Position numbers and translations under genes: made by a program. Below, piece after piece: positions 23,175-34,930 of a stretch of DNA of 64,000 nucleotides. A model generated the notes under the pieces. That model was given only the letters and a program-made list of their open reading frames with translations, was not told where the DNA came from and searched no databases. The stretch lies in assembly GCF_001194135.2 (NCBI RefSeq), contig NC_068995.1, positions 51,224,552 to 51,288,551 on the forward strand, given 5' to 3'. Numbering within the stretch: position 1 is the stretch's first letter; each line of letters opens with the position of its first letter. Origin of the DNA: Octopus bimaculoides. Taxonomy: Eukaryota.

Positions 23175-23562
23175 TTTATTCTTTTACTTGTTTCAGTCAT
23201 TTGACTGTGGCCGTGCTGGAGCACCACCTTGAAGGGTTTTAGTCGAATAAATCGACCCCTTGGACTAATGTTTTTAAAGCCTGGTACTTATTCTATCTGT
23301 CTCTTTGACCAAACTGTGAAGTTATGGGATGTAAACACACCAACACTGGTTGTCAAGCAGTGTGTATGTATGAGCAGGGGACAAACACAGGCACAAAGAC
23401 ACACACACACGATGGGCTTCTTTCAGTTTCCATTTATCAAATCCACTCACAAGGCTTAGGTTAGCCCAAGGCTATACTAGAAGACACTTGCTCAAGGTGC
23501 CACGCAGTGGGACTGAACCCAGAACTATGTGGTTGGGAAGCAAGCTTCTTGCCACACAGCCA
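23175..23562 (-). mobile_element. tRNA-headed SINE, family A, full length
   Basis: Reverse complement of the 15547-15930 layout. Confidence 0.85.
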
Positions 23563-23759
23563 AATGAATTTATTTGTTTTTTATTTTTCGTAAATGTTGT
23601 ATGATATGATTGTAAACAATTCATCAGTTCTTTTGCCTCTATTTGCAACTTCATCAGTAACATTCCCTCTCTAACTGAGTGATGGAGTAAGCAATCAATT
23701 AGTTAGTTGGTTAAATAACTAACTAGTTAACTGATAACAAAGAAGTGAAATAGAACCAC

Positions 23760-24560
23760 TGCATGTGTTTATTATTGGCATAACGACCCTTCCAAGATAC
23801 AACAAAATCTGTTTCAACCAAGAACCTTGCACGCCAAATACAAAAACTTAGTTTTAAGCAAACCTACAAACTTTGTAGTTGTTTAGTATTGTTACATGAA
23901 AGATAACCAACAAAAGGTTTGAATCTTTCTAGATTAGGTTGCTGAGAACTATTTTCTATTTTGTATCCTAAGTAACAAATGAACGTTTGAAGGAAAAGAT
24001 GTATGTTCATTGCTCATTGCAATATTGAGTTTGTTAGCCACTGAAATAAATCTATTGTGTTCCGCAGTTGTTTTGCCAATGGCAATAAGATTGTTGAGAC
24101 AGGCAGGGACAATTTTGAAATAATTGTCAGTAAGTATACAATACATCACTCTATGAAAAACCATGGCAATGCTTACATCAAAGAGTAACCTTGAAAACTG
24201 AAATAAACCTGCATCTGCTTGAAATACATTTTGTATACCGCCTCTTAATGTCACTGTTGAGTAGAATCTGATGTGACATATTTAGATCCATTTCACATGA
24301 GAATTTATTGCAGGAAATAGAACACACGAGATCTTCAAAATTAAGAAGTGGACAGGTGTCTAAGAAAGTACAAATGATTTACTGTTTGTGGATAGTCGAT
24401 AACAAGGTGTTGTTTGCTAACTCTTTCTGACTACTACAATTTGTGCTTGCCATGAAAAAAGGTGAGGTTTCAAAAAATACCTTTAAGCAATGGGCTGTTT
24501 AGTTTCTTTCTTGATAAACATTTCATCAAGTAATGGAAAAGTGGTGTGAATTAGTTTTGC
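23760..24560 (-). pseudogene. Ty3/Gypsy reverse transcriptase (and RNase H) remnant
   Basis: Frameshifted minus-strand motifs W..QIVVVRK, PLLNFEDL...CEMDL..HQILL, GLFQFSRLLFDVS.AMVFHRVM...CLNNLIAIGKTTAEH and RFLVETD align with Gypsy RT/RH (WAAPIV, YPLP.IEDL, GLFQF.RLPFG, YLDDI, R.F...TDH). Confidence 0.75.
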
Positions 24561-25370
24561 AATCGGTAACAGATCATTGTGTGTGTTAGGAAAATATGAG
24601 ATAAGATGAGTGACATGAGAACAAGATAAGCAACAATAACATTTTTTGATCCTTCCCGAGTTATATAGTTTCATAGGGCTGGTTTCCTGGTTTCCATGGT
24701 GACAATAAGTAATCCATGAGAAGATTATTCATTTTTGCCAGCTGAGTGGATTGGAGCAACATGAAACAAAGTGTCTTGCTCAAGAACATAACACATCATC
24801 TGGTTCAGGAATTGAAACCACAATCATACAATTATGAGTCCAGCAGCCTAACCAGATCGGACTGGAGCCTGGTGTCGCCATCTGGTTCGCTAGTCCTCAG
24901 TCAAATCGTCCAACCCATGCTAGCATGGAAAGCGGAGGTTAAACGATGATGATGATGATGATGATGTAGTGCCTTTTAGTACTACATTGTGGATAGCAGA
25001 ATTAATAGTGTCATTTGAAATGCTTTGATGTCTTTCATTAAGATTCCTGCTTGTTTGGAATTTAAATATTGCCATAAACAATGAAATTAAAAACAAAAAA
25101 ACAATATCAGTTATATATTAATTATTAAAATAATCAATTATCTCCCTACCCATAGTTTTATGACCTTGTGCTAATTAATATGAGAAATTATGATATTACC
25201 TTATGGCTTCCAAAAAAATGAATCTCAATTTCTTTCCCTTGTACTTTTAAGTTCTTTCTTTGAGTGAATTCAAGTAGAAATTCATTCATTTTAATTGAAC
25301 GAGTTTAAACTAGAATAACCACGTCTTTCACATTAATTTTCGCTACTTTCTCCTCCTCTCAATCTTGGCA

Positions 25371-25590
25371 TCTCTCTCTCTCTCTCCCTTTCTTCCTCTC
25401 TCTCTCTCTCCCTTTCTTCCTCTCTCTCTCTCTCCCTTTCTTCCTCTCTCTCTCTCTCCCTTTCTTCCTCTCTCTCTCTCTCCCTTTCTTCCTCTCTCTC
25501 TCTCTCCCTTTCTTCCTCTCTCTCTCTCTCCCTTTCTTCCTCTCTCTCTCTCTCCCTTTCTTCCCCTCTCTCTCTCTCTCTCCCTTTCTC
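25371..25590. repeat. 24-bp pyrimidine minisatellite, (ct)n-ccctttcttc, about 9 copies
   Basis: Regular tandem units, which give the LSLSPFLP repeat in the ORF track. Confidence 0.9.
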
Positions 25591-25963
25591 CCTCTCTCTT
25601 TTTCTCGTTTGCTCAGTTTTCTGTTTCTCTCTTGGTTTCTTTGCCTTGAACTTTCTCTCTCTCTCTCTCTCTCCCTCTTTATTTCCTTCTTTTTTCCTCT
25701 TGCCATCCTCCTGTCTTCATCCCTCTTTGTCCTTTTCTCTACATCTTTCTGCATATCCCCCCACTCCCATCTTATCTCCCTTTTACCCTTTTTCTCATAG
25801 CTGGGACCCTTACAGGTGCTACCACTCCAGGCCAGAGTAGACCTGGGTACAATAATGACTAAGAGGTGATTCCACACTCATCAAACCCTGAAACCAGGGC
25901 CCCAGGGTCCCACTACCAGATGCAGTTTATAGTCATACCCAGGACCAGGTTTTGCAGTTGTAA

Positions 25964-26160
25964 GGAGTTGATGGTAGATTGTTGAGAGCTGTTTTAGGGA
26001 GTTTTTATAGGGAAAGTAGGGTGTGTGTTAGGGTGGATGGTGAAGTAAGTGAATGGTTTGATGTGAAGGTGGGGCTAAGACAGGGTTGTGTGATGTCTCC
26101 GTGGTTGTTTAATTTATATATGGATGGTGTGGTGGGAAAGGTTAAATGCTAGAACCTTGG
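25964..26160 (+). pseudogene. RTE (BovB-like) reverse transcriptase fragment
   Basis: 62 open codons: GVDGRLLRAVLGSFYRESRVCVRVDGEVSEWFDVKVGLRQGCVMSPWLFNLYMDGVV; the GLRQGC..SP.LFN motif of non-LTR RT. Confidence 0.85.
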
Positions 26161-26701
26161 GTGTATGTATGTTACTGTAACAAGAGTTGTTTGAGGAGAA
26201 TTTCGATGTTATTTCTAACAGTCGATCGATTACATAAAATAGAGGTTCCCTCATATTGGCTGGCACTTGGATTGTTATTCATCTAGCATCTGTTATTTCC
26301 TTGAATAACAAAATTTTTTAAAGTTTTTGCTTTTGCTAAATCCACCTCACCCACATATTTTGGAACACCTTTCTCCTGGATGTAATTTAAAAAAAAAAGT
26401 TTTCCTTTGTTTTGCGATATTCCTGCTCTCCTCTGCCCCTCCCCACCTTATTCATCTATCTTAATCCCACCCCTCCTTTTTCAGTAGCAAGAACTCACCT
26501 ACTTCCCCACCCTCTTGCCTAATCTCTCTTCAGTTCTTCCTCCCACTTCAACTCTCCCCCCTCTCTCAACTCTATGGCTCTTGCCCTCTTCTCTCTACTT
26601 GCCATGGAGGCTTACATACAAACACTCACAACAAATACATGTATACACTACCATACACACACACACATGCATACATACATACATACATACATACATACAT
26701 A

Positions 26702-26750
<49 letters not shown>

Positions 26751-27490
26751 ACCATATGTATAATCTATATATACATGAGTGTGTGTGTGTGTATAACGTG
26801 TGTATATACACTACCATACGCACACACATATACACCACCACATGTATACAGTTATATACACATCTGCAGTTCATTGTGATTTACTGTTTTTCCTTTCTTT
26901 CTTTCTTTCTTTTTTCTTTCTTTTTTCCTTTCTCTCTCATGCACCCACTCTCATCTCATCTCCCTACATACACACCCCACTACCACTACCACCACCGCCG
27001 TCTCCACCATCACCATCTCCACCATCACCATTTCGGCCACCACTATTACAACCATCACCACCGTCACCAACACCGTCACCACCACCATCGCCACCACCAC
27101 CACTATCACCGCCACTACATGTACTTCCAACTGTCTAACTCATAATTTAACAAACCATTTAATTAACTTTAATTTCTTCCCAAATAAAATGACGTTGGCC
27201 ATTCCCTGTTTTAATTATTTGCAATTATCTTTTGACTCTGACACAGGGTCAGGAGATCAGACCAGGTCATCTCAGGAAAGGTCACTGGCTCAAATTGAAT
27301 GCCAACCTCCAAGTAACAATTGGATGTTCGGGGTTTATCTTTTGTGGGTGGGGTTTAGGGAGCCAAGATAAAAGTGCAATATACATTACACACAAATATG
27401 CACACACACATGCATATGCAGGCACACACACATACATACATAGAAAGCCCATCCATATATGCATGCATACATTCACATACACACATAGTT

Positions 27491-27523
<33 letters not shown>

Positions 27524-27847
27524 AAGTATGTGTTTATGCTTTATGTATGTGTGTGTGTATGTGTGCATATATATATATATATATGTGTGTTTTCCTCCAC
27601 CCCAACAATTTCTTGACAACTGTTGTTGGTTTGTTTACATCCCTGTAAGTTAGAGGTTCAATGAAAGAAACCAATAGGATAAGTACAAGATTTATAAGAA
27701 TATATATACTGGGGTCAGTTTGTTTGACCAAATTCCTTGCCCGGCTGCGCCACAGAATAGCTACAGTCCAATGATTGACGTAAGTAAAAAATAATAAAAA
27801 CGATTATAAAACATGACCTCAACATGGCCTCAGGCTTCTCCTCTCAG

Positions 27848-28115
27848 CTTGAGCCATCAGGGGTGGACAGAGGAGATGGTAAAAGGCTAGATGGCATGAC
27901 AATTTTTCTGTTCACAGTGGTAAGCCCTTTATGTGGGATGCTACATGCTGTGCCACCTCCAGCATCAACCCCGTGCGTTCTGCGTTCGTCTGCCAGCCTG
28001 GGTTTTCACTGCTTGTCAAGCCGAGAAGGGCAAATTGACGAAGTATCAACTGCTCTCTGACAGATTTGTGGTTGAGCTTATGGCAGTGGAGATCTCCAGT
28101 GTTCTTGCCCCTCAA
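27848..28115 (+). pseudogene. CRE-like non-LTR retrotransposon, restriction-like endonuclease domain remnant
   Basis: LEPSGVDRGDGKRLDGMT, then GKPFMWDATC, then AE.GKLTKYQLL...F...AVE across frameshifts; matches the EP.GL.R.DGKRPDG...WD.T...AE..K..KY PD-(D/E)xK RLE motif. Confidence 0.75.
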
Positions 28116-28808
28116 ACCCTGACTATAAGCCTACTTCCTACTGTGAGGGAAGAGATGGATATTCACAAGTGCAAACCCCTCCAGAGCAATGTCTATTCTG
28201 TTTTGTCCAATGGGACCGTGAAGGGGACTGATAAGTCTTATGTCTCTTAGATATAATGTCTATTAACTCAACCTTCTACCCTTTCCAAATTACTTATAAA
28301 TACAACAATGACAGCCACAGCAACAACAACAACAAAAGAACGATCACCTTCCCATTGGGCAACCCTGACATACTTTTTTTTATGGTTGTTGCAATGATGA
28401 CCCAACACACTAAATAGTGAGTGCTTGCTTATTTTAATATTGTAGTTGCACGCCCACATTCCATTACTCTTGTCAAAACTCTTCCCATAAAGATTTCACC
28501 AGTATTTAAATGATCAAACATTTTGTGACTGATTGTGAATCAATCTCTCCTTTTGTTCAGCTGTCAGCAAACATGACAATAATTTTTGTTACATTTTGGT
28601 GCAACTATGCATTTCCTTTTGAAATTGTGTAGCACAAATTTTTACAGGTGCCTACACCTTTGGAAACTTCATTGACAGTCAAGCAATGATTTTCACAAAT
28701 CACTGCACACTTAATTTTTTAGTAATATGGCTGTTGAAGAAAGCAAACAGTTATAACGAAATTGCTTTCTTATATCAGAGTAATAAGGTGTTTCAATAGA
28801 ACATCTTT

Positions 28809-28839
28809 ACCCCTGGGAATTACCGGGTACACCAGCTAG
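28809..28839 (+). mobile_element. Helitron-like 3' terminus
   Basis: Short imperfect hairpin acccctgg-gaatta-ccgggt followed by acaccagCTAG|t; the 5' end was not found. Confidence 0.4.
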
Positions 28840-29169
28840 TATATAAATATATGTATACTCATGCAGTATTACACATCCACTTGAACATATACACACCAAC
28901 ATACTCACACATTGTTAGTCTGTCAGCCTCTGATATATGTATATATGCCAACATCAACTGAGATAAGGCCTGTACAACAAATATACTTAATTTGTTTTCT
29001 TTGCATTAAGCATGAATAACTCCCAATATTAAAATTATCTCTCTGTCCACATCTATGCATGTACATTATTCTCTAGTACATAGCATGATTGCCCTTCATG
29101 ATTACAGTTATATAATTAGAAATAGCTTAGATACTGAATATAATGAATAACTTTAAAAAAATTAGGCAG

Positions 29170-29977
29170 GAATCAGACGTGGGGTGCAAGAGAGATGACT
29201 GTGCTTGTATGGTCATGTGATGCAAATGGACGAGGACAGCTGTATAAAGAAGTGCTGATCTCTAACTGTGGAGGGAATCTGTGGTAGAGGTAGACCCAGG
29301 AAGACATGGGATGAGGTGATGAAGCATGATCTTTGAACTTTAAGCCTCACAGAGGCAATGACTGGTGACTGAGACCTTTGGCGATGTGCTGTGCTTGAGA
29401 GGACCCGTCAAGCTAAGTGCACCCATGCTGGTGGCATGTAAAGAACATCTTTTGAATGTTGGGCCTCACAGAGGCAAAATGGCTGAGTTCCTGTCAAGCA
29501 TTGGGCCTGACAGAGGCAAAGTGGCTGAATTCCTTTTGAGCATTGGGCCTGACAGAGGCAAAGTGGCTGAATTCCTTTTGAGCATTGGGCCTGACGGAAA
29601 CAAAGTGGCTGAGTTCCTCTCGAGTGTTGGGCCTCACAGAGGCAATGACCGAAACCTTTGGCATTATGTCATGCTTGAGAAGACCCATCAAGCCGAGCGA
29701 AATCACAGTCGTGGCAGATACTGATGTCACGCAAACTGGCACCTGTGCCGGTGACATGTAAATGCACACCAGTGTCACACAAATGGCACCCGTGCCGGTG
29801 GCACATAAAGACATCCATTACACTCTTGGAGTGGCTGGCATTAGGAAGGGCATTCTGCTGTAGAAAACTATGCCAAATCAGACTGGAGTCTGGTGCAGCC
29901 TTCCTGCGTGCCAGCCCAGTCAAATCGTCCAACCCATACCAGCATGGAGAACGGACGTTAAATGATGATGATGATGA
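29170..29977 (+). mobile_element. 5'-truncated RTE LINE with internal 42-bp tandem repeat and (GAT)n tail
   Basis: LYGHVMQMDEDSCIKK..LTVEGICGRGRPRKTWDEVMKHDL, 42-bp units at about 29459-29650, then the RTE tail. Related copies at 31440-31811 and 37710-38120. Confidence 0.85.
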
Positions 29978-30132
29978 ACTTAGCCATATCATGTCTCATG
30001 AATTAAACATGCTATCACTTAACTGTTACTTTTTCATGCAGATGGACTCTCTGAATTATTTAATTTCTGAGCACCAACAAATATACTTTGTGATTCCTTT
30101 ATTACTACTTCAGTAAGTATAATGAAGTCTAT

Positions 30133-30176
30133 GCTTCACTGATGAAGTCAGAATAAGGCTGAAATATGTTGGGAGT
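30133..30176 (+). ncRNA. Decayed Penelope-type minimal type I hammerhead ribozyme motif
   Basis: GCTTC-a-CTGATGA-AGTC(agaataa)GGCT-GAAA-tatg-TT-g-GGAGT: intact catalytic core, 4-bp stem II (one G:U) and a 5-pair stem I with a mismatch at the first position. Confidence 0.6.
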
Positions 30177-31035
30177 TTTCTTTGGTACTTCCTAAGAATA
30201 TGAAAAGAATGCTACTAGTTATTGGATAATATTGTTTTTTTTCTTTTTGTTTTTGTCACTATGTTATTTTTTAAATTCACCTGTCTAGCTTTCTGAACAC
30301 ACACACCTGAATCCACCTGCCTGCCTTTCCTGCCTGCTTGTCAGCCTGTCTGCCTGTCTGCCTGCTTTCCAACTCACCTACTCATAGGTTTACCTATCTA
30401 CCTACTTGACTGCCAATCTATCTAACTTCCTGCATGTTTCTTCATTCCTTATTCTAACACACACACACACACGTGAGTGTATTTGTGCATGTGCGTGTGT
30501 GTGTGTTTGTGTCTCTGTCTGTATATATGTATATACTTATACACACACACACACACACACACATGCATCTCTACTGTTTCCTTTCTACCAAGTTTCATTC
30601 ACAAGTCTTTGCTTGATCTGCAACTGTGGTTGAGTGGGATTGAACCAACATCACTGTGGTTTGCAGGACATCACTGACTCTTCGCTTCCAGCCAACCTCA
30701 GCACCCTCATACACACACAATTTATCAAACCATGCCTACTCTCGTTGTTGTTTACTTATCTCAAGTGTTTAAAAGGTAAAAGAACTAGAATTTCACCCTG
30801 TCTTTATTGGGCAAAGAAAAACATATCTTATTTTATTTTTATCTAGGTTAATGTATTGCCAAGTTATTAAAAATGTCTGTCTCTTTTTCTTCTAACAAGA
30901 CATAAGGTTACAAGCAACATAGAGAGCAAGTACGGCAAATGAAGTAAAAGAAAAATAGGTTAGAAAGACTTTTAAATAAGTTTAAACAAACATATTATGG
31001 AAGAGCAAAACTGCTACAAAAAAAGAGCTTATTAA

Positions 31036-31256
31036 CCCTTTCGTTGCTGTATTTATTTTGAGATGCTCTGTGTTTCTTTCAATTAGTTTTAAATATAACA
31101 AAGAATTTAGTAAAATAACTTAGTTATCATTAAGCTTGTGTTAGGAACATAAATTGTGACTAAGGTTTGGTGGAAGATTTTAATTCAGAACTTATGAAAA
31201 CAAGACATTTGTACTCAGAGCCAGATCTGGTTTCAGCCGGGTTGGTAACGAAAGGG
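31036..31256. mobile_element. piggyBac-type MITE, second family
   Basis: ttaa|ccctttcgttgc...gtaacgaaaggg|ttaa; 12-bp TIR with 1 mismatch. Confidence 0.8.
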
Positions 31257-31766
31257 TTAAATATAAAAAAAAATTTAAAAATCCTAACTAATTACAGGAT
31301 GTAATAAATGAAATTCTTTATAAATAAAATGCAAAGATATTACATGTCAGAGACAATAAAATAATATTCATAAAACAGGAAGCAAGAAAATTAGGCTTAA
31401 ATTAAATCAGGGTTGGGGAAACCCCCGCCTGTGGGTGCAGTTGGTTGAGGCAAAATGGCTGAGTTCCCTTTCACGCATTGGGCCCCATGGAGACAATGAC
31501 TGAGACCTTTGGCATTATGTTGTGGTTGAAAAGAAGACCCCTCAAGTCAAGAAAAACTGCAGTCATGGCAGATACTGGTGTCACACAAATGGCACCTGTG
31601 CCAGTGGAATGTAAAAGCACCCATTACACTCTTGGAGTGGTTGGCACTAGGAAGGGCATCCAGCTATAGAAACCATGCCAAATCAGACTGGAGTCTGGCA
31701 TAGCCTCACAGCTTATTAGCCTCGGTCAAACTGTCCATCCATGCCAGTATGGACAACGGACATTAA

Positions 31767-31813
<47 letters not shown>

Positions 31814-31837
31814 ACACAGTATATATTCTTACATGTG

Positions 31838-32160
31838 AAGACATGTGGCTCAGTGGTTAAGGGTGTTCAGATCATGATCGTAAGGTTGTGAGTTCAATAT
31901 CTGGCAACATGTTGTGTCCTTGAGCAAGACACTTTATTTCATTTTGTTCCAGTCCACTAAGCTGGCAAAAATTAATAGTGCCTGTATTTTAAAGGGCTAG
32001 CCAGGTCACATTCTGTGTTATGCTGAATCTCCCTGAGAGCAACACTAAGGTCATACATGTCTGTGGAGTGCTCAGCCACTTGTACATTAATTTTACAAAT
32101 TGGCTGTTCCATTGATTGGATCGACTGGAACACTCACCACCTTAACCTACAGAATGCTGG
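31838..32160 (+). mobile_element. tRNA-headed SINE, family E
   Basis: gtggctcagtggttaagg...gagttcaat (A/B boxes), then gtgtccttgagcaagacactttatttc; relatives at 35490-35615, 39510-39650 and 24670-24850 (minus strand). Confidence 0.7.
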
Positions 32161-32827
32161 TTAAGTTATTCCTACATACACACATATATATGGAGAAAAT
32201 ACTCAATTTAGAAATGAAATATTGAAGATGTTTGTTTGGTTAATGTTGTTATGATGCTGCCGTTAGAAATATAGCAAAATCAGTGATTAACCGGGATATA
32301 AAAATATAAAATAAAATATGGAAATCTGAGCGAATGACTTTGTTCTGTTTATGGAATAAATTAGAAATTTGTTTGTTAAACTTTTTACTTATTATTTTGT
32401 ATATTTTTAAGTATATTTACATTGTTTAAAGAACATGACCTTTGTGTTGATCTTAATAATAATAATAACAATGATGATGATGATGACAACGACGATGACA
32501 ACGACAATGATGACGATGATAATGGTTTCAAATTTTGGCACAAGGCTAATGATTTAGGGAGAGGATGTAAATAAATTATGTCAACTCCAGTATTGGAGTG
32601 TCTTGTATTGTATGAAAGGTGACATATACGTGGGATGTGTAAAGAAAGCTTGTTTTGTCTTCTCTAAGACCTCATTAATTCATTTCTTAATCATGGACTG
32701 AAATGTAAATGAAATCATTGAGATAAAAAAAAGTCGTATCATGTCAGAGAGTGGAATCATTACATCAGCTTATTGGCTTTACATTTCAGTCAGGTCATGT
32801 TCTGCTCCTGTCACATGTCATTACTTC

Positions 32828-32877
<50 letters not shown>

Positions 32878-34204
32878 CATACAGACAGGCATCACGTCCA
32901 TGATGAGATTTATCTCTTTTCTATGTTACATCATTACATCAGTGTTACACACAGCCCTCGGTGGTTCTTAAGGGGACTTATGGGATATTAACCCTTAGGG
33001 TACATGAAGGAGATCAAAACTACCATATGTGATAAGAAGAGAAGTAAACAAACAAACATAACAAACAAAATAAATCAATCCTATTGTTTTAGTTGTTTAT
33101 TTCAAAGAAACAATCAAAATGTTGGTCTCAACTCATACTTCCCTCTCTCTGTCTCTGTCTCTCTCTGTCATGATGATGATGATGATGATGATGATGATAA
33201 TGATGATGATGATGATGAGGAGGAGGAGGAAGAAGGCCAGAAAGATGATGATGATGATGAACAAACTTATGATCAGAGGAGTTCCAGCCTTGACCATCCA
33301 CTCATATTTTTTTTTTTACAAAACAATGTACATCAGATTATATTATTCAATGAATTCATTTTAAAGACAGTAAAGGTTTGATTTGATGGAGATTTGACTG
33401 CTATTTCTAGCTGGTCGAGTGATCACATGCAGCAGAGTTAATCCTTTTGAATTTAAACATATTTATACAACACAATGGATATTGTTTGTCTTTTAAATTT
33501 GTGCTTTTATTCACACACACACACACATCCATGGCAAATGAAGTGTTTTCATTTGTGTTATGGTTGTTTGTGTTTGCCTTTATTAATGTCTCGTTAAACA
33601 AATAAATAGATCATTTACACTCATGAAACCACTTCATGTTTTTACTGGCAACCAACCAGCCGGCCAACCGGCCAACCGGCCAACCGGCCAACCATCCAGC
33701 CAACCAACCCACCAGCCAACCAGCTTACCACAGAAAATTAATTAAATCCCAACCCTTCAAAACAACAACAGCAACAACAATAATTATAATGGTTTTAAAT
33801 TTTAGCACAAGGCCAGCAATTTTGGTGTGTGGTGGGGTGGTGAGGTGTTAGCTGATTACATCAATGTCAGTGCTCGAGCTGGTACTTATTTCGGGGACCC
33901 TGAAATGATGAAAGGCAATGTTGCCCTCAGTGGTATTTGAACTCGAAATGCTGCATTTGGTGTGTTAACAATTCTGCTGCCAATTTGACACTTTAATAAT
34001 AATAATAATGATACTACTACTAATAATAATCCTTTCTATTATAGGCATAAGGTCTGAAATTTGGGGGGGAGCAGGAGTGGGGTGGGGGCTAGTCGATTAC
34101 GTTGACCCCAGTGCTTCCAACCAAGCGTTTCACGAGGCCCTTAAATCTAGGAACTTTTCAGCTCCCCACCACATTGTACATACATCTCACAAACAATAAA
34201 TGTC

Positions 34205-34930
34205 CTCAAGACAGTTTAATAAAATACCCAGCTGTGGATTATTGATCACCTACAAACGCTACTGATGGCTACCACAACTTGGCACCTGTCATCTAGGACA
34301 GGGGTTTTCAATCTGTGGTCATAGGACCACAGGGGGTCCGCAAGGACAAGACAGGGAGTCCGTGGACAGCAAATACTTTTTATGGGCAATTTGATTTTAT
34401 ATATGTTTTTTTAATCGAAATCTTTTAATTGACAATAAACCTATTTGTTAAATACTGTTAAATAAATAAATGTAAAAATATATGTTATTTTAAGCAAATA
34501 TTTATGTATAAATTTCATAAGCGTTTATAAGGGGGTCCCTAAGGTAAAGCCTGAAATATAAAGGGGTCCGCAAGTCAAAAAGTTTGAAAACCCCTGATCT
34601 AGGATGTTCTACACTAACTTGCTTAGTTTTTCCACAGAGCGAAGATGTTATGTCCAACTTATTAACTAATGCTCTGCTTTGTAGAAAACCGTTTGCAAGT
34701 TCCTTATCGGTCAATGCTGTGTTTGAATGGTTGACTAGTTGCTTTAACGCCCAGCAATAAATGTTGGAGCATTTATGTGAAGCAGCTTCTGCTTGGTTGG
34801 AAACCATGTGGTGTATTGCTACATGAAGTCATTCTCTTATAAGAAGCTAATCTGTTTCTCTTCGATAATTTCTTCCATGACCTTGCTGATATGTCAAGTC
34901 AAGAGAGATAGGCCTGTAAATTTTAGCATC
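34205..34930 (-). pseudogene. CR1-group LINE reverse transcriptase remnant interrupted by a MITE
   Basis: YRPISL..ISKVMEEII...HGFQPSRSCF...WALKQLVNHSN, resuming after the MITE as LDDR.QVVVA...TVL; CR1/L2-group RT motifs. Confidence 0.7.
34299..34596. mobile_element. hAT (Charlie-type) MITE, 298 bp
   Basis: 16-bp TIR caggggttttcaa(t/a)ct and a perfect 8-bp target-site duplication atctagga (34291-34298, 34597-34604). Confidence 0.92.

Noticed and set aside
24068-24129. + strand exon-like segment (ttccgcag|...|gtaagt; CFANGNKIVETGRDNFEIIV)
   Set aside because: It lies antisense within the Gypsy RT remnant; chance splice-like sites are the simpler explanation.
28648-28721. + strand exon-like segment AYTFGNFIDSQAMIFTNHCTLNFL
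   Set aside because: Weak donor that looks more like an acceptor; probably inside a Helitron-like element; no independent support.
29455-29655. CRISPR-like appearance of the regularly spaced 42-bp and 28-bp repeats
   Set aside because: The units are contiguous tandem repeats without unique spacers, and the context is eukaryotic with no cas genes.
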